64,000 nt of DNA from a virus (Duplodnaviria > Caudoviricetes): the IMG/VR virus record IMGVR_UViG_3300033067_001005, positions 1 to 64,000 of that record; one strand, given 5' to 3'. The translations under genes were made by a program, and so were the position numbers. Below, in pieces: positions 26,127 to 35,191 of the stretch. Each line of letters begins with the position of its first letter. The stretch's first letter is position 1. The notes below the pieces were generated by a model that was given only the letters and a program-made list of their open reading frames with translations, did not search any database and was not told the origin of the DNA.

Positions 26127-27236
26127 ATGAGAAACCTTCGTAAGAAGTTCCTGGGGACGTTCGATGAAAAGGCGGCTCCTGCCGCTGGTGAGCAAGGGGC
26201 GCCTGGGGGACAACCTCCGGCGCCTTCTGCGCCTGTAGACATTCAAGCCATCGCTAGTGCGGCAGCTGCGGCAGCTTCGGCTCAGACCGTAGAGAGGCTT
26301 CGCAAGTCGGCTGAAGATGAGGCCGCGGAAGAGGCTAGAGCGGCAGAGGAAGCTCGGCTCGCGGAAGAGGCCAGCCAGTCTCTAGAGGCTCACCGTCGCC
26401 ACACCGATAGACAGGTAGAGGCGATTCGTGCGGAGCTTATGGCTACACAGGCTGCTCTAAAGGCCTCGCAGCTTCAGACCTATAAGACGGAGCGGATCTC
26501 TCAGGTGAGAGCGGCCGGCGTAGGTATCGTCGTAGAACTCGTCACTGGGAACAGTGAGGCGGAGATCGAGCAGTCGATTCAGCACGCTGCTAATGTGTAC
26601 GCCACCTACCAGAAGCAGATCATGGCCGCGCAGACTCCGGCAGTACCTGCCGCCGCGGCTGCTCCGGGGATTCCCCAAGCAGTAGTGCCCCCTCCCCCGG
26701 CAGCTGCCCCGCCTGCACCGGGGACGCTCACTCCCAGCGCTCCCACGGCGGAGAACGCCCAAGTGTTTGACGCCGAGACCCTTGCCTACCTAACCTCCCC
26801 CGAGGCGGCAAGAAACGGCGATTACCAGAAGTACCGCCCTCTAATTCATGCCCAGCTTCAGAGCAAGTTCTCTGGAGGCACTCCTACCTCTAATGTTCGT
26901 TCTACTTTGCAGCACCCCCAGGTACTGGCTCAGCGAGGAGCACCCGGCACGCCGGCCCCTCCGATGCCTGTTCAGAGAGGGGATATGCCAGGCGGCGTGA
27001 GAGTACCTATCGTTCAGGTAGGCCCGCCCCCGATGAACGCGCAGCCGCAACCAGGGACTAATCCCCGCTTCGGTGCGCCTCCCGCAGCTCAGGGCGCCCC
27101 ACAGCCCGCAGAGCTGGATGCAGCATACAATCGGGGTCTAGTACCAACGCTGGACCTGGAAGCCATTCGAGCCCGAGCACAAGCGGCTGCTGACAAGTAC
27201 CGCCCTGCTCCTGCTCAACCCGTAGTGACTAACTGA
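26127..27236 (+). CDS. Capsid scaffolding protein with N-terminal KKFLGTF-D tag
   Basis: Directly upstream of the major capsid gene; coiled coil plus Pro/Ala-rich disordered regions. Confidence 0.8.
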   Translation: MRNLRKKFLGTFDEKAAPAAGEQGAPGGQPPAPSAPVDIQAIASAAAAAASAQTVERLRKSAEDEAAEEARAAEEARLAEEASQSLEAHRRHTDRQVEAIRAELMATQAALKASQLQTYKTERISQVRAAGVGIVVELVTGNSEAEIEQSIQHAANVYATYQKQIMAAQTPAVPAAAAAPGIPQAVVPPPPAAAPPAPGTLTPSAPTAENAQVFDAETLAYLTSPEAARNGDYQKYRPLIHAQLQSKFSGGTPTSNVRSTLQHPQVLAQRGAPGTPAPPMPVQRGDMPGGVRVPIVQVGPPPMNAQPQPGTNPRFGAPPAAQGAPQPAELDAAYNRGLVPTLDLEAIRARAQAAADKYRPAPAQPVVTN

Positions 27237-27252
27237 GGTAGGAGGCTAATCA

Positions 27253-28230
27253 ATGTCGTCGATGACTTCGGCCGTAAACAGCGGCCCCGGATTCTCGCAG
27301 CTGGTTGCTGCTGTTCGTGATGTGTACTCACAGGAGATCTACTTCTCCGCGATGCCGAACCTGCGCTTCGACCAGTTCGCCACTAGAAAGGACGAACTCA
27401 CTGGCCAGCCTGGTGCGACTATCGTCCTTCCCAAGATGGGGACGATCAAGCGTGGTGGCACCCTCACTGAGGGCGTCCGCATCCAGGGTAAGTCGATGAG
27501 CATGTCGACCACCACGATCACCGTGGCTGAGAAGGGTAACGCCATCCTCATGACCGAGCGTCTTCTACAGACCTCGTTCTATGACAACATGGCTGCCGCC
27601 TCGATGCTCCTAGGGCGAGACTTCGCTCTAGTGAATGACACGGACCTTCGTGACATCGCGCTCACCGCGACTAACAAGGTCTACGCCGGCAAGAAGGCCG
27701 CTCGTACGGACCTCGTTGGTGGTGACACCGCCGATACGACGTTCCTCATGGACATCGGGGAGAAGCTGGAGATCAACTCCTCGCCGAAATGGGGTAATGA
27801 CTTCTACGTCAGCTTCTTCCACCCGCATGGACTAGCGAAGCTCCGTCAGAGCGTCGGCTGGGTCAACGCGGCGCACTACCAGGGCGCTACCCCGCTCTTC
27901 TACGGTGAGGCTGGCCGCTGGAACGACATCCGGTTCGTCAGCACCTCTATGATGCCGAACGGCTTCAACAGCGCTCTGAACGACGCTGGCGAGTTCGCGG
28001 ACCCCGGCTACGTCGCTGCTCTAGCGAATGGCACGGCCGGCAACCAGACCACCATCTACCAGTGCGTCACCTTCGGCGAATACAGCTACGGCCAGGGCAA
28101 CGCTCTGAACGTCGAGCTTCGCGACAACGGTGTCCAGGACTACGGCCGTGAGCACGGCCTCGCCTGGTACGCCATCTGGGGCCAGGGCCTCCTAGAGAAC
28201 AACAACCTCGTCGTCGGCGAGCACGCCTAA
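27253..28230 (+). CDS. Major capsid protein (N4-gp56-like HK97 fold)
   Basis: RFDQFA..K.EL..QPG.TI, LTEGV.I, ITV.E.GNA...TE.L...S..D, HP, GE.GR..D.RF and DYGR..GLAWY..WG motifs. Confidence 0.9.
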   Translation: MSSMTSAVNSGPGFSQLVAAVRDVYSQEIYFSAMPNLRFDQFATRKDELTGQPGATIVLPKMGTIKRGGTLTEGVRIQGKSMSMSTTTITVAEKGNAILMTERLLQTSFYDNMAAASMLLGRDFALVNDTDLRDIALTATNKVYAGKKAARTDLVGGDTADTTFLMDIGEKLEINSSPKWGNDFYVSFFHPHGLAKLRQSVGWVNAAHYQGATPLFYGEAGRWNDIRFVSTSMMPNGFNSALNDAGEFADPGYVAALANGTAGNQTTIYQCVTFGEYSYGQGNALNVELRDNGVQDYGREHGLAWYAIWGQGLLENNNLVVGEHA

Positions 28231-28264
28231 TCCCTTCTAGGGTAGGTTCAGGAGAAGCAAGAAC

Positions 28265-28672
28265 ATGAGACTCATCGCTCTAATGGCCGTAGCGGCCACG
28301 TTTCACGCCAAGTACCTCGACACGTTCGTTGCCCGTACGGCTTCCAACGTGCAAGAGCTGCCGCCGGGGTACAACGACGAGAACCGTCGTCTCTTCCAGG
28401 CCGACCTCACCACGGACGTGACCGCGGCGGACACGATCGACGTGACCCTCCCGGCCAACCTTCGCGCCGTCGGCGTTCAGGTTCTAGGGGCCTTCTTCGA
28501 GAAGTGGACCACCTCTTCTGCGATCGGCGCGAGAACTAAGACGCGCATTCCCGTAGTGGTCACCAGCTACGTCGAGGCAACCGGCGTCGTGACCCTCACC
28601 ACCTCTACCGTCAACCTGTCGATCGCTACTGAGTCCGGGCGCGTCTTCCTAGAAGTCTGCCCGTACAAGTAA
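28265..28672 (+). CDS. Putative head-associated protein with N-terminal KYLDTF-V tag-like segment
   Basis: Position after the MCP; GGAG RBS; beta-rich. Confidence 0.6.
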   Translation: MRLIALMAVAATFHAKYLDTFVARTASNVQELPPGYNDENRRLFQADLTTDVTAADTIDVTLPANLRAVGVQVLGAFFEKWTTSSAIGARTKTRIPVVVTSYVEATGVVTLTTSTVNLSIATESGRVFLEVCPYK

Positions 28673-28686
28673 GGAGCTGAACTCTA

Positions 28687-28995
28687 ATGGCTAAGAAAGA
28701 CGAAACCAAGGCTCCCGAGACGGCCGAAACCAAGGCTCCCGAGGTAACGGAGGAAGACCTGGCTAAGGCAGCTGCACAGGCTGCTCTAGAGTCGGCAAAG
28801 GAAGCCACCGTCTCTGCTCCGGCAGAAGCCCCTGCTCCTACCATCTCTGTGGGTGACGTAGAGGTCATCGCTCTTCGGGACGGCGCGGCTTCCATGGGTG
28901 GCCGTAACTATTCGTGGAAGAAGGATCAGCTCGTGGAGATGCATGCATCGCACGCTCTAGAGCTGGAACAGGCGGGCTGGGTCCGCCGGATCTGA
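28687..28995 (+). CDS. Small head-associated protein with acidic Ala/Glu N-terminus
   Basis: AAGGAG RBS; duplicated ETKAPE; C-terminal domain typical of post-MCP genes. Confidence 0.6.
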   Translation: MAKKDETKAPETAETKAPEVTEEDLAKAAAQAALESAKEATVSAPAEAPAPTISVGDVEVIALRDGAASMGGRNYSWKKDQLVEMHASHALELEQAGWVRRI

Positions 28996-29005
28996 GGAGG
29001 CGACC

Positions 29006-30496
29006 GTGGCAGGCAGCGTGAAAGGCTCTCTAGTAACATCACTGCGTTCTAGACTAAGCGACGAGCGACCCTCGTCGATAGCCCTCACGCTGTCTGCTTC
29101 CGGTTGTAAAAGCGCCGTAGCTGACATTAGCAACGGCTTTCTGAACATCTCGATTACTGGCGGAACAGGACCTATCAAGTCCGTTCGCTTTGACCTAGAC
29201 CTTCCCAAGTACTCTACTGTGGGAAGACTAATCTCCGAGCTATCGTCTGCACCTGGAATCAAGGTAGACGCCGGAGACGCTTCTGATAGGGAATTCCCCT
29301 CTTCTGAGCTTGTAATGGACGGGATGCCGGAGATCGGGCCTCAAGGTAAGGCCACCGCCCTGCGCCACTACATGTTCTCGGACAGAGAACTGGCTAGCTT
29401 CCTGGAAGAAGCCTGTCAGGTTCATAATCCCAACTACGCTCCGTCCAACGTACCCATCGCCGAACACCCCTACGTGGTGAAGAAGGCGGCTGCGGCTGCC
29501 TACCGTGCGCTGGCTGCTAATGCGGCAAAGAGACGTGGTCTAGAGATGGACGTAGACTCGTGCCTGAAGCTGGCGCGAGACCTAGAGGACCAATACGCTA
29601 AAGACTTGAAGGTGCAGCTTCGCGCTGTGCCCGTCCCCAAGGTGGACGACTCCTATGTTGGCTCCGGCCACATCATGGAGGGGAAGCTTTTCCGGCGCTC
29701 CCTACGCACTGGTCTGCCCTCTAGCATCAAGCTGGGTGGAGACCTGCCCGCCCCCGACCTGTTCAATCCGGCGGATGACGACGTAGAGGACGTGTTCGTT
29801 AGACTGCGGTGGAACATCAACAAAGACGATCGCTTCATGCGATACGAGCTTTGGAGAGATACCCTGCCCGAGGTAGAGCGGAGCCTGGGAGGCACTCTAG
29901 ACGCTTCCTACGTGAGCCCTAGCCTTCCAGAGAACACGCAGTACTCCAAGCCGAGCACCTCTAAGCAGGTGCTAATCATCTACGGAAGCGCGCGGACCAC
30001 CATCTTCGCTGAGAACAAGGATACGATGGTCACATCATCCTTCGTCGACGGCCAGACTGGAGACCGCACCTACGGGAACGCGCGGACCATCGGAGAGCCT
30101 CTAGAGTCTGAGATGGACTACTACTACCGGCTGTACAGCGTCTCCAGAACTGGAGAGGTCGTCGGCTCGGAAGTCATCCACGTGAAGACGAAGAAGCAGC
30201 GTGGCCTGTTCAAGCGCACGAGCGCCGGTCTCCTGGACCCAACGGGCTTTTCTGTCGCCTCCGGCCCTCTCGCGGGCGGAACGACCGTTACGATTACTGG
30301 AACGGGATTCGAGGCAGGGGTAACCGTCACCATCGGCGGAAAGCTCGCAACTATCGTCTCCGTCAATAGCACTACTATCGTGCTGACGACCCCAGCCTTT
30401 AGCAACAGGTCGTTCATCGGGAAGCCGCTGGACATCATCGTGACGAGTCCTAACGGCCTGAAGGACATCGCCAAGGCTGCCTGGGCTTACACATGA
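29006..30496 (+). CDS. Head-tail adaptor/neck-like protein fused to FN3-like and IPT/TIG domains
   Basis: MFSDRELASFL helical adaptor-like region; YYYRLYSVSRTG FN3-like strand; C-terminal SGPLAGGTTVTITGTGF...DIIVTSPNG IPT/TIG motif. Confidence 0.6.
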   Translation: MAGSVKGSLVTSLRSRLSDERPSSIALTLSASGCKSAVADISNGFLNISITGGTGPIKSVRFDLDLPKYSTVGRLISELSSAPGIKVDAGDASDREFPSSELVMDGMPEIGPQGKATALRHYMFSDRELASFLEEACQVHNPNYAPSNVPIAEHPYVVKKAAAAAYRALAANAAKRRGLEMDVDSCLKLARDLEDQYAKDLKVQLRAVPVPKVDDSYVGSGHIMEGKLFRRSLRTGLPSSIKLGGDLPAPDLFNPADDDVEDVFVRLRWNINKDDRFMRYELWRDTLPEVERSLGGTLDASYVSPSLPENTQYSKPSTSKQVLIIYGSARTTIFAENKDTMVTSSFVDGQTGDRTYGNARTIGEPLESEMDYYYRLYSVSRTGEVVGSEVIHVKTKKQRGLFKRTSAGLLDPTGFSVASGPLAGGTTVTITGTGFEAGVTVTIGGKLATIVSVNSTTIVLTTPAFSNRSFIGKPLDIIVTSPNGLKDIAKAAWAYT

Positions 30497-30909
30497 TACA
30501 AGTCAAATTCAGAGCCTCTAACGACCTTGTAGAAACGGCACACCTCAGGCTCGCGGTCGTAGCTGACCGTGAGCTTCGTCGTTTCGCCGATGCTAAAGTC
30601 AAATGGCTAAAGGCCTTCATCCTTAGCAACATGGTGCATCCGCACAAGCTGCATGACGATGGGAAGCCCACGCTGTTCGACTCCGGCAAGTACCTTAGAG
30701 GCATCAAGGCTACCGTCGAAAACGGGAACCTAGAGATAAAGCCTACTGGGAACAATGACCACATGAGCAACGAGGCACTCGGTGAGCTACTAGAATGGGG
30801 CGCCAAAGGCTACCCGGCTAGACCGCACTGGCGCATCCTCGGACTCGAGGTCAACAACTCCCTAGAGGCACTGGGAAGAGACATCTTCAAGGCGCTACTG
30901 GAGAGCTAA
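30493..30909 (+). CDS. Neck/tail-completion protein (HK97 gp10-like)
   Basis: TLFDSGKYLRGI and LLEWGAKGYPARPHW motifs; synteny. Confidence 0.65.
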   Translation: MIQVKFRASNDLVETAHLRLAVVADRELRRFADAKVKWLKAFILSNMVHPHKLHDDGKPTLFDSGKYLRGIKATVENGNLEIKPTGNNDHMSNEALGELLEWGAKGYPARPHWRILGLEVNNSLEALGRDIFKALLES

Positions 30910-31640
30910 TGGCCTACATCGGTATCCTAGAAGCCTTTAGAGCTAGACTGGAAGGCCAGGACCCGAAGTACGTACCTCGGCTGCCTTCTACTCCGCTGAA
31001 GGATGACCCTCGCATCGCTGCCGAAGTCGACGGAGGGGCTGTAGCCGGCGGAGCAGGCTCCACGGTCAACGTGAATGGGCTCACCATCAACATCGCAGAT
31101 GATGACGACAGCGGGCAATGGAGTGTAGAGCTGTGGCCAATGATTACGTACAGGGTCGTGGCCAACAACCCCCGCTACAACGAATGGATTTCTAATACAG
31201 ACCCAGAGCAGGGTATCGGCGACGGCTACCAGATCCCCATAGAGACCTCTTCGCAGGAACTCAAAGAAGGGAAGTTCAGCCTGGGAAGCAGCCCTCGCCT
31301 CTTCAAGACCCGCCCTGTCGAGATTCCCATAGACTTCCTCGTTGAAGTCAAACTAATGGCCAACAACAACATCACGTCGGCCCTCCTCGTTGACTACGTC
31401 TACAGAGTTCTACCTCCACGAAGCTTCATCCGCGTGCCGATGAAGGACGGTACGTTCGCCTCTTGGGACCTTGATATGCAAGACTTCAAGGACCTGGATG
31501 TACGGTCGGCTGTGCTCTCTGGCAATGCCGAGAAGGAATACGCTAAGGTCTTCACGTACCGTGTCGAGGGCTACCTAGACAACACAGACCTAGCGAAAAT
31601 TAGCAGCCGCGTTAGAAAGGTTTCCATCAACGTAACCTGA
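30909..31640 (+). CDS. Tail terminator/sheath-stabiliser-like protein
   Basis: Synteny before the sheath; WPMITY and FTYRVEGYLD motifs. Confidence 0.55.
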   Translation: MAYIGILEAFRARLEGQDPKYVPRLPSTPLKDDPRIAAEVDGGAVAGGAGSTVNVNGLTINIADDDDSGQWSVELWPMITYRVVANNPRYNEWISNTDPEQGIGDGYQIPIETSSQELKEGKFSLGSSPRLFKTRPVEIPIDFLVEVKLMANNNITSALLVDYVYRVLPPRSFIRVPMKDGTFASWDLDMQDFKDLDVRSAVLSGNAEKEYAKVFTYRVEGYLDNTDLAKISSRVRKVSINVT

Positions 31641-31649
31641 GAGGACGAC

Positions 31650-31874
31650 ATGCCTACCATTAGAAGCAACTACAGCCGTTACGTAGAAGTCCATCTGGAG
31701 ACTGAGTGCGTCACTCTCAATCCAGGTGACTCCCATTCGTTTACGGGGCCTGTGACGCCCCACCTACAGGAGCTAATTGCTTCTAATATGGTTACGCTGG
31801 TTCAAGATGAGCCCGAAGCGGAGCCTGTTCCCATCACCAAGCCCGGCGTTCACGCTGAAGAGGAGAGTGTCTAA
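31650..31874 (+). CDS. Small hypothetical tail-associated protein
   Basis: GAGG RBS; coupled to the sheath gene. Confidence 0.6.
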   Translation: MPTIRSNYSRYVEVHLETECVTLNPGDSHSFTGPVTPHLQELIASNMVTLVQDEPEAEPVPITKPGVHAEEESV

Positions 31875-33625
31875 TGGCTACTGAGAACTTCGACGCACCT
31901 GGCGTAAGCGCCAGAGTCGGAAGAGCTGCCGTCCCCGTAATCCAGGCCTCGCCTGTGAGCATCGGCGGGTTCATCATGTACGCAACGAAGGGTCCGCACG
32001 ACAAGGCCGTCCGCGTCGACAGCTTCGCCAAGTTCGTCCGCATCTTCGGCTCCTATGACACGAACACGTACGGGCCTGATGCGGTCCGCGCGTTCTTCGA
32101 CAACGGGGGCAGAGCCTGCTGGATCGTCCGCATCACTAGAAGCGGCGGCTCCGGTTCCAACGTGAAGGCCACCTTCACCCTTCAGAGCGCAGCGCTTGCT
32201 AACACGATGGTCTGCACGGCTGTCGGCTACGGCGTGTCCGGCAACGGCATGAAGGTAGTGGCGGCGAAGGAAGACACCAAACTGGGACTAATCGGAGCTG
32301 TAACGGCTACTGGTGCGCAGACCGTCATCAACTGCTCGTCTGCCATTGCTGCCAAGCTACGCGTGGGTGACCAGATCGCCATCACGGAAGGCACTACGCA
32401 GCGCGGCATCGTCTCGCGCATCGACGACACCAAGATCATCCTAGTAGCGTCTGTGACTGTCCCCGCGGGCGGCTACAATACGACTACGACGATCATCACT
32501 AAGGAAACCTTCTCCATTACGGTGTATGACCAGGGCGTTGTCGTCGCTGGTCCTTATCGTAACCTGGCGATGTCCAGCCTAAGCCTGAAGGACTACTTCC
32601 TAACGCGGCTGAACACGACGGATGACGAGAACCCGGTAACGTTCACTGACTCTGGCCTCTCCATGGCTGGCGGCGTGGATACTCGCCCCGTCAATACCGT
32701 TTCCGGCGGCGACATGCTCGTAGGTGGCTCTGAGATGACCCAATCGGCTGATGCCGATTACAAGGGCTCTTCGGCTACGTCTACCGGCGTCTATGCCTTC
32801 GACAAGGTTGCCTCTGGGCAGGTCAACATCCTCGCCATTCCGGGCGTAACTGGCACCAGCGGCGCCGTCTCCAAGGCTCTAGTGGAATACTGTGCTGGCA
32901 GAGAAGACGTTCACTGCGTCATCTCTCCTGCACTGGCTACTGCGGTATCCGCGGCTGTCACGTACAAGCAGGACAATATCGGAGCCTACCGCTTCGGCGC
33001 GATGTACTACCCCTGGGTGCAGATCCTGGACCCGATCAGCGGGCAGCCTGCTTACGTGCCGCCGGACGGCTACGTCATGGGTCTGTACGCTCGTACGGAT
33101 AGAAAGCGCGGCGTACAGAAGGCTCCTGCTGGCGAGGCAGAGGCTCTAGTAGGTACCATCGGTGTGGAGAGAAAGCTCTCTAGAGATGACCGTGGCACCC
33201 TCTACACGGTCAACATCAACCCCATCGAAGACATTGCCGGCAAGGGGCAATGCGTCATGGGAAGCCGCACTCTGGAGAAGGGCCTGTACGGACAGGTCTC
33301 CGTCTCTAGAACGTATACCTACCTGGCTGTGACGCTTCGTGAAGGCACCCGCTGGGTCATCTTCGAGCCGAACAACGAGGACACCCGCGCTCGCTTGCGC
33401 CGGTCCGTCTCCGACTACCTAGAGCGCGAATGGAGAAAGAACCTTCTAAACGGTGATACCGTTGACCAGGCGTTCTACTGCATCTGCGATGCCAGCAACA
33501 ACCCCGATGTCATCGTCAAGGCCCAGCAGATGGTTGCCGATGTCGGTGTGAACGTGCCGGACGTCACCGAGAACCTAGTAATCAACATCAGCCAGGACCA
33601 GCGCGGTTCTAGCGCTGCGGCCTAA
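31874..33625 (+). CDS. Contractile tail sheath protein
   Basis: APGV, FFDNGGR.CWIVR, YYPWVQILDP, PPDGYVMGLYARTD..RGV.KAPAG, G.RTL, WVIFEPNN...R motifs. Confidence 0.95.
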   Translation: MATENFDAPGVSARVGRAAVPVIQASPVSIGGFIMYATKGPHDKAVRVDSFAKFVRIFGSYDTNTYGPDAVRAFFDNGGRACWIVRITRSGGSGSNVKATFTLQSAALANTMVCTAVGYGVSGNGMKVVAAKEDTKLGLIGAVTATGAQTVINCSSAIAAKLRVGDQIAITEGTTQRGIVSRIDDTKIILVASVTVPAGGYNTTTTIITKETFSITVYDQGVVVAGPYRNLAMSSLSLKDYFLTRLNTTDDENPVTFTDSGLSMAGGVDTRPVNTVSGGDMLVGGSEMTQSADADYKGSSATSTGVYAFDKVASGQVNILAIPGVTGTSGAVSKALVEYCAGREDVHCVISPALATAVSAAVTYKQDNIGAYRFGAMYYPWVQILDPISGQPAYVPPDGYVMGLYARTDRKRGVQKAPAGEAEALVGTIGVERKLSRDDRGTLYTVNINPIEDIAGKGQCVMGSRTLEKGLYGQVSVSRTYTYLAVTLREGTRWVIFEPNNEDTRARLRRSVSDYLEREWRKNLLNGDTVDQAFYCICDASNNPDVIVKAQQMVADVGVNVPDVTENLVINISQDQRGSSAAA

Positions 33626-33635
33626 AGAGGACCCA

Positions 33636-34157
33636 ATGCTGCACTCGCTTCCTGGATTCCGTGAATTTCTAGCAACGTTCGGTAGAACCTCGCAAGAGGA
33701 CCCTCTAAAGACCTTCGCCTACCGCGTGGAGATTGACAACTTCGCGCGCATGGGCTTCTCCAAGGTCACCGGACTAAAGCCTAAGGTAGACGTTGTCACG
33801 TACCGTGAGGGCGGCGACAATACTACCGAGAAGAAGAGCCCCGGCATGACCAAGTGGGATGACCTCACGCTAGAGCGTGGTATTATCGTCGCCACTGGAG
33901 CCGGCGATAGAGACTTCGTCCTCTGGTTCGCGCAGGTCTACGACGTGGGCGCGAAGAAGGTCGGAGCTAAGTCTGACTTCAGACGCAACATCGATATCGT
34001 GCTCCTCGACAGAGAGGGCAAGACCGCGAAACGTTGGCGCGTCCTGGAGGCCTGGCCTAGTGGTGGCGTACTTCTGCCCGACCTCGACGCACTGGGCAGC
34101 AACAACGCGATCGAATCGCTTACGATTACGCACGAGGGCGCTCGGGAAATCCTGTAA
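33636..34157 (+). CDS. Tail tube protein (T4 gp19-like) with a 15-aa N-terminal extension ending FLATF
   Basis: DP...F..RVEID, GF.KV.GL, V.YREGGDN, K.PG.TKW..LTLERG, W....AWP, LD...N..AIE.LTI.HEG. Confidence 0.93.
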   Translation: MLHSLPGFREFLATFGRTSQEDPLKTFAYRVEIDNFARMGFSKVTGLKPKVDVVTYREGGDNTTEKKSPGMTKWDDLTLERGIIVATGAGDRDFVLWFAQVYDVGAKKVGAKSDFRRNIDIVLLDREGKTAKRWRVLEAWPSGGVLLPDLDALGSNNAIESLTITHEGAREIL

Positions 34158-34194
34158 GCCACTGGTGCAGAAACCTACAACCTGAGGTACGATA

Positions 34195-34233
34195 AGGGCC
34201 AGGCTTCGCTGAATGCGAGGTTCTGGCCTTTTT
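34195..34233 (+). terminator. Intrinsic terminator-like hairpin after the tail tube gene
   Basis: AGGGCCAG...CTGGCCTT outer stem, cttcgc/gcgagg inner stem, then TTT. Confidence 0.6.
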
Positions 34234-34251
34234 CGTATCTGGAGGTTTCTA

Positions 34252-35085
34252 ATGGCTGAATTCAAGCTTCCTAACGGTGTTCGCATCGGCGGGGAACTGT
34301 TCCGTAACGTAGAACTTCGTAAGCTCAAGGGGCGTGACGAGGACTTCCTACGCGACAAGTCTAATATCAGAGAAGGGGCTGTAATGGCCAAGCTCGTCAA
34401 GGGCGCCATTACCAAGCTAGGACCACTAGTACCAGGCTCTAACGCGGAAGACAACGAGCGGTTCAACATCGCCTTCGACCGCATGTTCCAGGCGGACCTT
34501 ACCTACCTTCTAATCATGCTGAGAGTCACTACTCTTGGCGGCATCTATCGCTTCAGCGTTTCTTGCCCCGTCTGCGAAGCTAAGAGTCAGCAGAGCATCG
34601 ATATGTTGGCGGAGCTGAAGATCGACGAGATCGCGGAGGAGTACGCAGACCTGGACTCCTACACCGCAACCGTGGACGGTAAGTCGATCCTGTTCGATGC
34701 TCTGCGCGTGAAGCACTTCAGTCGTCTAGAGGCCATCCAGCGGGATAAGAAGAACGAAATCTCTTCTTCCGAGCTGGTCGTACAGCTGAAGGCGATCGAC
34801 GGCGAGCAGGTCACCATGGAGAGCGTCAAGGAACTCGACTGGGGCTTCCGTAATGACATTAGAACCAAGATGGACGAGTTCAGCGGCGGCATCGATACTA
34901 ACCTGGAGATCGAATGCCCCACCTGCGGAACTGAGTTCATCCGGCTAATGCCGCTGGAGAGCGGAAGTTTTTTCTTCCCGAAGGGAACGGCTTCACCCAA
35001 GACGAGACAGGCCAAGTCTTCCCGAAACTCTGGTACGACGTTGCGCTCCTGGCTACAAGATGGGGCTGGTCTCATAAAGACGTAA
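34252..35085 (+). CDS. Tail assembly chaperone (start corrected from 34213)
   Basis: GGAGG RBS before ATG 34252; LPNG, CPVC and CPTC motifs; lies between tube and tape measure genes. Confidence 0.8.
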   Translation: MAEFKLPNGVRIGGELFRNVELRKLKGRDEDFLRDKSNIREGAVMAKLVKGAITKLGPLVPGSNAEDNERFNIAFDRMFQADLTYLLIMLRVTTLGGIYRFSVSCPVCEAKSQQSIDMLAELKIDEIAEEYADLDSYTATVDGKSILFDALRVKHFSRLEAIQRDKKNEISSSELVVQLKAIDGEQVTMESVKELDWGFRNDIRTKMDEFSGGIDTNLEIECPTCGTEFIRLMPLESGSFFFPKGTASPKTRQAKSSRNSGTTLRSWLQDGAGLIKT

Positions 35086-35183
35086 TGGAACTGGACCTAG
35101 ACGAACGCCTCTACTACGTGAAGCTGGCTGAGAGACAAGTCCAGTCAGAGCAGGATGCGGCGGCAGAGGCCAAAAAGAGATAA
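34252..35183 (+). CDS. Frameshift-extended tail assembly chaperone (G-T type product)
   Basis: -1 frame reads ...FFLPEGNGFTQDETGQVFPKLWYDVALLATRWGWSHKDVMELDLDERLYYVKLAERQVQSEQDAAAEAKKR*, a typical W-S-x2-[ED]-hydrophobic T-domain filling the gap to the tape measure gene. Confidence 0.78.
34968..34974 (+). other. -1 programmed ribosomal frameshift slippery site T TTT TTC
   Basis: In the correct phase near the chaperone C-terminus; the -1 frame stays open to TAA 35181-35183. Confidence 0.8.
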
Positions 35184-35191
35184 GAGGACAG

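Noticed and set aside
34165-34193. Promoter GTGCAG-17-TACGAT after the tail tube gene
   Set aside because: The -35 element is poor and the start site would fall inside the terminator hairpin; insufficient support.
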